Source of the DNA: Betaproteobacteria bacterium
GTDB lineage: Bacteria; Pseudomonadota; Gammaproteobacteria; Burkholderiales; Burkholderiaceae_C
Length of the DNA stretch: 36,643 nucleotides
NCBI GenBank assembly: GCA_043760045.1
Contig: JAYUPP010000166.1
Coordinates: 1 to 36,643 of the forward strand
Direction of reading: 5' to 3'
The notes under the pieces were generated by a model, which saw nothing but the letters and a program-made list of their open reading frames with translations, had not been told where the DNA came from and did no database searches. How positions within the stretch are numbered: the first letter of the stretch is position 1; the number at the start of each line of letters is the position of its first letter. The position numbers and the translations under genes are program-made. Positions 1-7,875 of this stretch are shown one piece after another.

Positions 1-764
1 GCCATGAACACCAGCAGCATGCTCAGCACCTCGCCGCCGTTGAACATCTTCATGCTGTTGTCCATCTGCTGGCCCAGGCCACCGGCGCCCACAAAACCCA
101 GCACCACGCTGCTGCGGATGGCACATTCCCAGCGATACACCGTGTAACTCGTCAGTTCGGCCGCGTTTTGCGGCAGCAGCCCGTAGAAAAAAGCCTGCAA
201 TCGCGAACTGCCGTTGCGCAGCAGCGTCTGCGCCGCATGGCCTTCGCCACTTTCCAGAATTTCGCTGTACACCTTGCCCAGCATGCCGCCATAGGTGAGC
301 ATGATGGCCAACACGCCAGCCGTCGGCCCCAGGCCCACCACGCGCACGAACACGAGGGCCCACACGAGTTCGGGCACGCTGCGCAGCACGATGAGCAGCC
401 AGCGCATCGCTTGCCTGAACCAAAACGGCCCGCGCGCCATGCGGCCCGACAAAGCCGACACCGACAAGACGCGGGTGGACAGCAGCGTCAGCGGCAGCGC
501 GACCACAAAAGCCAACGCCATGCCGGCGGTGGCGATGGCCACCGTGCGCCAGGTTTCGCGCGCCAGCATGACCAGGAAATCGACGCCCAGCGCGGGCGGG
601 AAGAAGCTGGACAAAAACTGGCCGGTGACCTTGAGGTTGTCGCGCTCCACCAGGATCCAGGGCCTGAATTCGCTGGCCACCATCAACGGCCACAGCAGCA
701 CCAGCACAGCCCCCAGCCAGAACACGCGGCCGAGCCAGGCCGGGTCGCGCTGGGGCGCTGACAT
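1..764 (-). CDS. PhnE/PtxC-family ABC transporter permease (3' end runs off the window)
   Basis: Not in the ORF track; translated by hand from ATG at 764: MSAPQRDPAWLGRVFWLGAVLVLLWPLMVASEF...FFPP..., later LRSVPELVWALVFVRVVGLGPTAGVLAIMLTYGGMLGKVYSEILES and YTVYRWECAIRSSVVLGFVGAGGLGQ, which are PhnE-type motifs. Directly downstream of the ATPase gene. Confidence 0.88.
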   Translation of the reverse strand, partial: MSAPQRDPAWLGRVFWLGAVLVLLWPLMVASEFRPWILVERDNLKVTGQFLSSFFPPALGVDFLVMLARETWRTVAIATAGMALAFVVALPLTLLSTRVLSVSALSGRMARGPFWFRQAMRWLLIVLRSVPELVWALVFVRVVGLGPTAGVLAIMLTYGGMLGKVYSEILESGEGHAAQTLLRNGSSRLQAFFYGLLPQNAAELTSYTVYRWECAIRSSVVLGFVGAGGLGQQMDNSMKMFNGGEVLSMLLVFM

Positions 765-796
765 CAGGGCCGCGCCGCCTTGCTGCGGGGCCAGGT

Positions 797-1657
797 TCAG
801 CGGCAATGCATCACCACCGGTGCCAGGGCCGGGTCCGGGACCGCCAGCGCGGGCCGTTCGGCGGCGTCGGACGCGTCAACCGCAACGCCGCCACGCAGTT
901 CGTGTTCGTGCTGCGCATACAGGCGGTCCAGCCGGTCTTGCCCGACCTCTGCGGTGGGCAGGTCAAACTGCAACTGCCCGGCACGCAAACCCACGATGCG
1001 GGGGAAGTGCGCCAGTGCCATGTCCACCTGGTGCAGCGTGGCCACCAGCGTGACACCGCGTGCGCGCGCTTCGGCCACCAGCGTGGCGGTGGCCTGGCGG
1101 GCGCGCGTGGGGTCCAGCGCCGACAGCGGCTCGTCCACCAGCCACAGCTGCGCCGGCGCCAGCAGCGCGCGCGCCAGGCCCACACGCTGGCGTTCGCCGC
1201 CCGAGAGGCGGTCCACCCGTTCAAACAGCTTGTCGGCGAGGTCGAAGCGCAGCAGCGCATCGTGGGCGGCCGCGATGTCGTGCGGATAGAACAGCGAACG
1301 CACGCTGGCCAGCAGGCCCAGCGCCGGCAGCCGCCCGGCCAGCACCGAAGTCACCACCCGCTGGCGCGGCGGCAAGGGCGGCACCTGCGGCGCCAGGAAG
1401 AGCCGGCCGCGCAGGCGCTGCAGCGCGGCAGTGCCGAGTGCCCAAGGGTTGGTGCCGTCCAGCAGCAGTTGCCCCTGCGCCGGCCGCAGCGCGCAGGCCA
1501 GCGCCTGCATCAGCGTGGTCTTGCCGGCGCCTGAAGGCCCTATCACGGCCACCTGTTCGCCGCTGCTGACTTTCAAGTCCAGCCCCAGCAAAGCGGCTGC
1601 CGCGCCGGGCCGGGCTGCAGGGTGGCGCGCACTGAGCGCGGCAACTTCCAGCTTCAT
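797..1657 (-). CDS. PhnC-like ABC transporter ATP-binding protein
   Basis: Walker A GPSGAGKT, signature LSGGERQRV, Walker B WLVDEP, H-loop TLHQ. Lies between the SBP and permease genes. Confidence 0.92.
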   Translation of the reverse strand: MKLEVAALSARHPAARPGAAAALLGLDLKVSSGEQVAVIGPSGAGKTTLMQALACALRPAQGQLLLDGTNPWALGTAALQRLRGRLFLAPQVPPLPPRQRVVTSVLAGRLPALGLLASVRSLFYPHDIAAAHDALLRFDLADKLFERVDRLSGGERQRVGLARALLAPAQLWLVDEPLSALDPTRARQATATLVAEARARGVTLVATLHQVDMALAHFPRIVGLRAGQLQFDLPTAEVGQDRLDRLYAQHEHELRGGVAVDASDAAERPALAVPDPALAPVVMHCR

Positions 1658-1680
1658 GGCGACAACCCCGTGCGCAAGGC

Positions 1681-1767
1681 CAGCAACATCATCATCATCA
1701 TCATCATCAACAACAACAACAACAACAACAACGACGACGACGACGACAACAGCAGCAACGACATCAA
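1681..1767. repeat. Compound trinucleotide microsatellite with core (CAT)7(CAA)8(CGA)5 and degenerate in-register flanks
   Basis: Read directly in the SBP-ATPase intergenic gap; C at every third base throughout. Confidence 0.95.
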
Positions 1768-1781
1768 CTGCAGCCCGGCGC

Positions 1782-2663
1782 TCAAATCAGCCCGGCGCTG
1801 CGCCCAGCAGCTTCCAGGCCCTTGTAGTTGTCAGGGCTGGTGCTGATGTAACGCGTGGCGCGATTGAGCTGCAGTATTTCCTTGCCTTCGGGGGTGGCCA
1901 GATCCAGGTCGAGCAAGGCTTTTTTCAGCTTCTCGCGCTGCTCAACCGGCATGTCGGCATGCACCGACCAGTTGTAGTTGAAAAAAGGCGGGGTCGTGAA
2001 AAACACGTCCACGGCTTTGGTGTCGACCTTGTTTTCGCTGACGAATTTGCGCCACACCGTGATGTCCAGCGCCGCTGCGTCCACTTTGCCGCTGACCACG
2101 CTGGCGATGGTGGCGTCGTGTGCGCCGCTGTAGGCAATGCGTTTGAAATCTTTCTCGGGGTTGATGCCGGCGGTCAGCAGGTTGTTGCGTGGCATCAGGT
2201 GGCCCGAGGTGCTGCTTTGGCTGCCGAAGCTGACCTGTTTGCCTTTCATGTCGGCCAGCGTCTTGATGCCGGAATCGGTCTTGGCGATGAACACACTCTG
2301 GAACTTGGTGTCTTCTTCGCGCTGTGCAATCGGCACGATCTTGCCGCCGGAACGAATCTGCGCCTGCACATGCGTGAAGCCGCCAAACCACACCAGGTCC
2401 ACCTTCTTGTTGACCAGCGCTTCCACCGCGGCCGGGTAGTCGCTGACGGGCGTGAATTCCACCTTCACGCCCAGGCGCTTTTCAAGGTAGCTGGCCAGCG
2501 GCATGAACTTGCGCACCTGCTCGGTGGCGGCTTCTTCAGGAATGGTGGTGACGCGAAACAGGGTTTGTGCGTGGGCCGTTGCAGGCAAGCTGGTTGCGAA
2601 CACGAAACTCAAGCCGGTGGCGAGCAGGGCAAGATGAAAGAGGGGCGCAAAACTGGCGGACAT
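1782..2663 (-). CDS. PhnD/PtxB-fold substrate-binding protein, 'putative selenate ABC transporter SBP' type
   Basis: Signal peptide ending AHA-Q; motifs TIPEE, DYPAAVEAL, DLVWFGGFTHVQA, FGSQSSTSGHLMPR, YSGAHDAT, TTPPFFNYNWSV. The selenium-linked subfamily call rests on these motifs plus selD/sen proximity. Confidence 0.85.
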   Translation of the reverse strand: MSASFAPLFHLALLATGLSFVFATSLPATAHAQTLFRVTTIPEEAATEQVRKFMPLASYLEKRLGVKVEFTPVSDYPAAVEALVNKKVDLVWFGGFTHVQAQIRSGGKIVPIAQREEDTKFQSVFIAKTDSGIKTLADMKGKQVSFGSQSSTSGHLMPRNNLLTAGINPEKDFKRIAYSGAHDATIASVVSGKVDAAALDITVWRKFVSENKVDTKAVDVFFTTPPFFNYNWSVHADMPVEQREKLKKALLDLDLATPEGKEILQLNRATRYISTSPDNYKGLEAAGRSAGLI

Positions 2664-2715
2664 TGCAAAAAACTCCTCGGCCTGTAAGTTGGCGCTGCGC
2701 GGCGCGACCGGCGAT

Positions 2716-2729
2716 TGAAACCGATTTCA
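2716..2729. promoter_or_regulatory. LacI-family-like operator palindrome TGAAACCGATTTCA
   Basis: TGAAA-N4-TTTCA with central CG in the divergent SBP/egtD intergenic region. A candidate extended -10 TGcTACATT lies at 2748-2756 on the + strand. Confidence 0.5.
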
Positions 2730-2823
2730 GCAAGCGCTGCTGGCCGCTGCTACATTTCGGCCGCTTCACTGCTGTGGCAGGGCCCTTCGCCACTGCTGCA
2801 CTCACACCACAGGAAACCCGTCG

Positions 2824-3801
2824 ATGCAACAAGCGCAATTCTTACAGTTGCACCACTGGGCACCAGATACGGTGGCCGCTGAAGCGCGCGCCGGCTTGCT
2901 GCAGCCGGCGGCGGCCGTGTCGCCCAAGTTCTTTTATGACAGCCTGGGCTCTTGCCTGTTCGACGCCATCACCGAGCTCGACGAGTACTACCCCACACGC
3001 ACCGAAGCCGCCATCCTGGCCGCGCACCGGGTCGCCATCGCTGCCGCCGTGCACAGCCGGCTGGGCAGCGGCCTGACACTCGTGGACCTGGGCGCCGGCA
3101 ACTGCGCCAAAGCGGCGCGCTTGTTCGAAAGCCTGCAGCCCGCGCATTACCTGCCGCTGGACATTTCGGTCGAGTTTTTACGTGGCGCGGTGAATGCGCT
3201 GCAGCGCCAGCACCCGGCTGTGCGCATGACCGGTGTCGGGCTCGACTTTTCCAGCCAGCTGGTGCTGCCCCAGGGCCTGCTGCAAGGCCCGGCGCTGATT
3301 TTTTATCCCGGCTCCAGCATCGGCAACTTCAGCCCCGATGAAGCTTTGCGGCTGCTGCGGCAGGCGCACACACTCAGCGCCGGTGGCGCGCTGCTGATCG
3401 GCGTTGATCTGGCCAAATCAGCCGCGGTGCTGGAACCGGCTTACGACGACGCCCTGGGCGTCACGGCGGCTTTCAACCTGAACCTGCTGCGTCACCTGAA
3501 CCGGCTGATCGGCAGCGACTTCAAGCCACAGCAGTGGCAACACGTGGCGCTGTACAACGAGCAGACGGGCGCGTCAGCCAGCCGGATAGAGATGCACCTG
3601 CAGTCGCGTGTGGCGCAGCGCGTCTGCTTCGACGGCGGCCAGCGCGACTTTGCCGCTGGCGAACGCATGCACACCGAAAATTCCTACAAATGGCAGCGCA
3701 GCGACTTCGAAGCGTTGCTGCGCGACGCCGGCTTTGCGCGCGTGCAGACCTTCAGCGACAAGCAGGGCTGGTACGCGGTGATGCTGGCGCAGGCGGCCTG
3801 A
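2824..3801 (+). CDS. egtD: L-histidine N-alpha-trimethyltransferase (hercynine synthesis)
   Basis: PKFFYD..GS.LFDAITELDEYYPTRTE, SAM motif DLGAGNCAK, PGSSIGNF, AYDDALGVTAAFNLNLL, RIEMHL, HTENSYKW. Confidence 0.95.
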   Translation: MQQAQFLQLHHWAPDTVAAEARAGLLQPAAAVSPKFFYDSLGSCLFDAITELDEYYPTRTEAAILAAHRVAIAAAVHSRLGSGLTLVDLGAGNCAKAARLFESLQPAHYLPLDISVEFLRGAVNALQRQHPAVRMTGVGLDFSSQLVLPQGLLQGPALIFYPGSSIGNFSPDEALRLLRQAHTLSAGGALLIGVDLAKSAAVLEPAYDDALGVTAAFNLNLLRHLNRLIGSDFKPQQWQHVALYNEQTGASASRIEMHLQSRVAQRVCFDGGQRDFAAGERMHTENSYKWQRSDFEALLRDAGFARVQTFSDKQGWYAVMLAQAA

Positions 3802-3879
3802 GGCGGGCAGTCTTTCGCCAGCAGGCGGTGCCCCGCCCCGGGCACCCGAAATACTGACCGAACGGCTGCGGGGCAGTGC

Positions 3880-3929
3880 TTGACGTCATCGACTACATCT
3901 GTAAACATGAGGCATCGATTACATATGTA
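3880..3929 (+). promoter_or_regulatory. BlaI/MecI/CopY operator pair (TACA-NN-TGTA x2) overlapping a promoter
   Basis: TACATCTGTA at 3894-3903 and TACATATGTA at 3920-3929, with TTGACG (-35-like) at 3880-3885, just upstream of a BlaI-family gene. Confidence 0.85.
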
Positions 3930-3947
3930 GCCGAAGGGGCGTGGACC

Positions 3948-4343
3948 ATGAAAACCGGCATGAACACCGCCATAAAAACTGCCATCAGCGAAGCCGAAGC
4001 GCATGTGATGGAAGTGCTGTGGCAGCGCAACCCGCTGGCAACCGACGAGGTGGCAGCGGCGCTGCAAAAGCATCAAACCTGGCAGCTGGCCACCGTGAAA
4101 ACACTGTTGGCGCGCTTGCTGGCGAAAGGGGCTGTCAGCGCGGTCAAAGACGGGCGTCGGTTTTTGTACAGCCCCGTGTTGCAGCAGTCCGACTGGCTCA
4201 AGGCACAGAGCCTGGGGTTGCTGGACCGCTGGTTTGGTGGCCGCCTGGCGCCGCTGGTCGCGCAGTTTGCTTCGCACCGCAAGCTGCGGCCGGCCGATGT
4301 GGCGGCCCTGAAAAAAATGCTGAAGGAACAAGGCCATGCATGA
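3948..4343 (+). CDS. BlaI/MecI/CopY-family transcriptional repressor
   Basis: ISEAEAHVMEVLW, W..ATVKTLLARLLAKGAV, GRRFLYSP, LLDRWFGGRLAPLVAQF. Start could be ATG 3948 or 3960. Confidence 0.93.
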   Translation: MKTGMNTAIKTAISEAEAHVMEVLWQRNPLATDEVAAALQKHQTWQLATVKTLLARLLAKGAVSAVKDGRRFLYSPVLQQSDWLKAQSLGLLDRWFGGRLAPLVAQFASHRKLRPADVAALKKMLKEQGHA

Positions 4344-5432
4344 AGCCGCCACCGAGCTTGCGCGCGGCTTGTTGGCGCAGTTGCTGCTGCAACTGCAGCT
4401 CGTGGGCCTGGCGCTGCTGGTGGTGCTGATGATGAGGCCGTAGCTGCGGCGCGTGGGTGGTGTGCGGGCGCAAGTGCTGGCCTGGTGCGTGGTGCCGCTG
4501 GTGGCGGTGGGTGGGCAGTGGCCGGTGGCGGCCCGCCTGCCGGCTGGGGTGGCTGCGGTGTGGGCGGCTGCGGTTGATGCGGTCGGTTGGGACGCCGGCC
4601 GGGCGGCCCTGGCCAACGGCAAAGCCGCGTGCACGCTGCTGGCCCCTGCCGGCGGGTTGAGCCCCTGTGTGCCGGCAGCGCTGCTGTTGCCGCTGGCGGC
4701 CACATGGCTGCTGGACCTGCTGGTGCTGGTGGCCGTGCAAGCCGGGCGCCAGCGTGCGGCCCTGGCGCAAATGCGGCAGTGCGCAGGCCAGCCCTTTGCG
4801 CGCTTGCCGGCCGGTTGCAGCCCGGCGCTGCCGGGCGCGTGGCGGCCGCGTCTGGCGTTGCCGCTTGACTTTGAAAGGCGCTTTGACGCCGCCGAACAGG
4901 CGGCAGTGCTGGCCCATGAAGCGGCCCATTTGAGACGCCACGACAACCGCTGGAATCTACTGGCCCTGCATGCAGCGCAGCGCTGCTGGCGCTGGTTTTT
5001 GCGCAACGGCTGCCGGCCCAGGCCGTTGCACCAGCGCAGCCTGCGATGCCGTCAGAACCGCCAGGCACGGTGATGCTGCATGTCACGGTTGAGCACAACG
5101 GCCGTGCGCTGGCCGCGCCGCGCTCGTTCGGGGTTCTGGGCGAGGCCATGGCGGTGGAAATGCGGCCGGCTGCAGCAGCATTGACGAGCGCGGGCTTCGC
5201 ACCGGCCTGGAAGCTGCAAATCACGCCTTCGGCTGCAGGGCCCGGTCTTCTGCGTCTGCAGCTGCTTTTGAGCGCGGGTGTGCCGCTGGTGCCTTGGGCC
5301 CAGCCGACGCTGGTGGCATTCGAAGGCGACGCCGCACGTTTTGAGGCCACCAGTCCCGACGGAGTGCACCGCCTGGGCTTTTCGCTGGTTGCGCGGCGGG
5401 CATTGGCTCCCGCACGCCAGCGCCGCCCCTGA
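4336..5432 (+). pseudogene. BlaR1/M56-family metallopeptidase sensor, disrupted
   Basis: ATG 4336 overlaps the blaI end: MHEAATELARGLL...MMRP, in-frame TAG at 4441-4443, then the same frame continues to SPALPGAWRPRLALP and LAHEAAHLRRHDNRWNLL (HExxH). The usual WFNP...E..CD segment is missing and the C-terminal part (5046-5432) is in another frame. Confidence 0.8.
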
Positions 5433-5465
5433 CGGCCATTTCAGGGCCAGGCGCTGCCCGGCCGG

Positions 5466-6734
5466 TCAAACTGCACAGCTGCGAAAACCGGCAAAGATGT
5501 CGTTGCGATCGGGGGCGTAGAAGTTGCGGAAGCGCACATCGCGCAACCGCTGCGGCGTGGCCAGCGAGGCGCCGCGCAGCACCCGGCGGCGGCCGCCGAA
5601 CCAGGGGGCCGAGTAGTCGCGGTAGGGGTGCGCGACAAACCCTTCGTAGGGCTGAAAAGCGCTGACTGTCCATTCCCACACCGCCCCCCATTTGAAGCGC
5701 GCCGGGTGGCTGCGCGCGGCCTCTTCCCACTCGGCTTCGGTGGGCAGACGGCGGCCGGCCCAGCGGCACCAGGCATCGGCCTCAAAGGCCGTCAGGTGGC
5801 AGGCCGCTTCGTCCAGATGCAAAGGCTGCCAGCGGCCGTGGCGCCACTGCTGCCAGTGCGCGCCAGCGCGCTGCAGATAACGCGGTGCGGCCGCGCCCCA
5901 CGGTGATTTTTGAAGGGCCGCACGCCACACAGCGGCCCGCCCGGGCCACCAGCGGGCGCTGGCATAACCGCCGTCTTCCACGAAGGGCAGGTAGTCGCGC
6001 CAGCGCAGCACCTGGCTGTCGATGCAACGCTCGGACAGTGGCTGCTGCTGCGTGCCGCATTCGTTGTCGAACACAAAACCCTCGGGCTTTGTTGCGCCCA
6101 GCGTGCAGCTTTGCGCGGCATCTTGAAGTGCCGGGCCGGGTGCGGGCAACGCGGGGTGTTGCAGGCGCGCATCGGGCAGCGTGATGCCCAGTGCTTGCGC
6201 CGTGTACACGGCCGCTTCGTGGTGCATGTCTTCGTGCGCCAGGCACAGGCGATGGAAGTAAAGCGCGGTGTCGCGCGCGCCAGAGTCAGCACCGTCTTGC
6301 AGCAACGCCAGCGACTCATCCAGCGTCGCGGCCAGTGCCGCGCGGGTGGCCGCTGCCCCGGGCAAGGGCAGTTCCCAGCGTGTGGCGTGCGGCACCTGGC
6401 CGGAGTCGTAGAAGCCATCCTCACCGGCCACCCCGTTGGCCACCCGCACGGGCAGGCGCGGCGCCTGCGGGTCGGCTTCTGCGCCACGGTGCCGTTCGGA
6501 ATTGCGGGCGAGCCAATGCGCCTGGAACCAGCCCACATGCCCCAGTTCCCACAGCGGCGGGTTCAATTCCGCGCTGTAGGGCACGGCAAGGCGGTCATCT
6601 GTCAGTGCACTTTCGAAGGCAGCAAAAGTCGCCAGTGTGTCGTGCCGGCTGGCTTGCAGCATGGCCCGCAGTGCAACCGGCCCGGCGCTGCGGAAGTTGG
6701 CATCGGCATCAGCCACCGGCGCTGCAGGCTGCAC
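5466..6734 (-). CDS. senA: Selenoneine synthase (EgtB-like DinB + FGE-sulfatase non-heme iron enzyme)
   Basis: NPPLWELGHVGWFQ, HEDMHHEA (HxxxHxE iron ligands), RRLPTEAEWE, WGAVWEWT, RNFY...IFAGFRSCA. Divergent from senB-selD. Start chosen as GTG 6734 (ATG 6662 is an alternative); the track's 7013 start overlaps senB. Confidence 0.88.
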   Translation of the reverse strand: MQPAAPVADADANFRSAGPVALRAMLQASRHDTLATFAAFESALTDDRLAVPYSAELNPPLWELGHVGWFQAHWLARNSERHRGAEADPQAPRLPVRVANGVAGEDGFYDSGQVPHATRWELPLPGAAATRAALAATLDESLALLQDGADSGARDTALYFHRLCLAHEDMHHEAAVYTAQALGITLPDARLQHPALPAPGPALQDAAQSCTLGATKPEGFVFDNECGTQQQPLSERCIDSQVLRWRDYLPFVEDGGYASARWWPGRAAVWRAALQKSPWGAAAPRYLQRAGAHWQQWRHGRWQPLHLDEAACHLTAFEADAWCRWAGRRLPTEAEWEEAARSHPARFKWGAVWEWTVSAFQPYEGFVAHPYRDYSAPWFGGRRRVLRGASLATPQRLRDVRFRNFYAPDRNDIFAGFRSCAV

Positions 6735-6752
6735 CTCACTTACATTCTCACC
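6735..6752. promoter_or_regulatory. Candidate bidirectional/leaderless promoter core between senA and senB
   Basis: Only 18 nt separate the chosen starts. TACATT (6741-6746) is 6 nt before the senB GTG; GAGAAT lies on the - strand at 6749-6744. Confidence 0.45.
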
Positions 6753-7796
6753 GTGCAATTTCCATCCCTCGTCATCGTGACCCCCGCGCTGGCCGCAGCC
6801 AACAACGGCAACTGGCAGACCGCGCGCCGCTGGGCGCAGATGCTGCGCGGCCATTATCGGGTGCGTGTCGTCGGCCAGTGGTCTGGCACCGATGCCGCCG
6901 ACTGCGCCGACGACCTGATGATTGCGCTGCATGCGCGCCGTTCTGCGCCTTCGCTGGCGGCCTGGCATGAGTGCTGGCATGGGCGCTGGCATGGGCGCTG
7001 GCATGGGCATCACCCCGGTTCAGCGCGCCACGGTTTGCCGGCGCGGCCCGCCGTGTTGGTGCTGACCGGCACCGACCTTTACCGCGACATTGCACACGAC
7101 GCGCTCGCGCAGCGCAGCCTGCAGCTGGCGCAGCGGCTGGTGGTGCTGAACGAGCTGGGGGTGCAGAGCCTGCCCGTTGAACATCGCAGCAAGGCTTTGG
7201 TGTGCCTGCAGTCCACGCCCGCGCGCCTGCCCGTGGCCAAAACCGGCCGCCATTTGCGGGCTTTGATGGTGGGGCATCTGCGCGAAGAAAAGTCGCCGCA
7301 GACTTACTTTGCTGCGGCGCGGCTGCTGGCCGGCCGCAGTGACATCCGGCTCGACCACATCGGCAGCGCGCTCGACCCCGCCCTGGCCGCCGAAGCGCGT
7401 GCGCTGATGGCCACGCACCCGCACTACCGCTGGCTGGGTGGCCTGCCGCACGCGGCCACGCGCGCGCGCATCCAGGCCGCGCATGTGCTGGTGCATTGCA
7501 GCCGCATGGAAGGCGGCGCGCATGTGCTCACCGAGGCCATCACCAGCGGCACCCCCGTGCTGGCCAGCCGCATCGACGGCAACCTGGGTTTGCTGGGTGC
7601 GGCTTATGCCGGCACTTTCGACTGGGGCGATGCGGCAGCGCTGGCAGCCCTGCTGCAGCGCTGCCGCGACGACAGCGCTATGCTGGCGCGCCTGCAGCAG
7701 CAGTGTCAGCAGCGCGCGCACCTGTTTCACCCGCAGCGTGAAAAGCAGACTTTGCTGGACATGCTGGCTTCGCTGCAATCCAAACCGGCCGCTTGA
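6753..7796 (+). CDS. senB: Selenosugar synthase (GT-B glycosyltransferase)
   Basis: VIVTPALAAANNGNWQTARRWA, MIALHARRSA, LVLTGTDLYRDI, MVGHLREEKSP, SRMEGGAHV..EAI..GTPVLASRIDGN.GLLG..Y.G.F. Directly upstream of selD. Confidence 0.92.
   Translation: MQFPSLVIVTPALAAANNGNWQTARRWAQMLRGHYRVRVVGQWSGTDAADCADDLMIALHARRSAPSLAAWHECWHGRWHGRWHGHHPGSARHGLPARPAVLVLTGTDLYRDIAHDALAQRSLQLAQRLVVLNELGVQSLPVEHRSKALVCLQSTPARLPVAKTGRHLRALMVGHLREEKSPQTYFAAARLLAGRSDIRLDHIGSALDPALAAEARALMATHPHYRWLGGLPHAATRARIQAAHVLVHCSRMEGGAHVLTEAITSGTPVLASRIDGNLGLLGAAYAGTFDWGDAAALAALLQRCRDDSAMLARLQQQCQQRAHLFHPQREKQTLLDMLASLQSKPAA
6963..7010 (+). repeat. 12-bp tandem repeat x4 inside senB (WHEC WHGR WHGR WHGH)
   Basis: tggcatgagtgc tggcatgggcgc tggcatgggcgc tggcatgggcat. 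Confidence 0.9.
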
Positions 7797-7875
7797 ACAC
7801 CCCGCCTGGCACGCTGGGCGTGCCTGGCCTGCCAAGCCAGCAGCCGATCTTTTTCAACACCCAACCAAGGAAACC

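Noticed and set aside
1-2663. Phosphonate utilisation operon
   Set aside because: No phnG-M, phnX or ptxD in the window and the context is selenium genes; genes beyond the left edge cannot be excluded.
4441-4443. In-frame TAG in the M56 gene as a pyrrolysine or readthrough codon
   Set aside because: The gene has further lesions downstream and no pyl genes are visible; a nonsense mutation is simpler.
5466-6734. Plain ergothioneine EgtB
   Set aside because: Direct linkage to senB and selD favours SenA, although the fold is shared.
5910-7013. Long N-terminal extensions giving a 1.1-kb senA/senB overlap (track ORFs 5910+ and 7013-)
   Set aside because: Family motifs begin only near 6753 (+) and 6734 (-); the extensions are GC-rich open-frame artefacts.
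7808-7824. Hairpin ggcacgc-tgg-gcgtgcc between senB and selD as a SECIS or terminator
   Set aside because: senB already has a complete C-terminus, the stem is short and GC-rich, and no U-tract follows directly.
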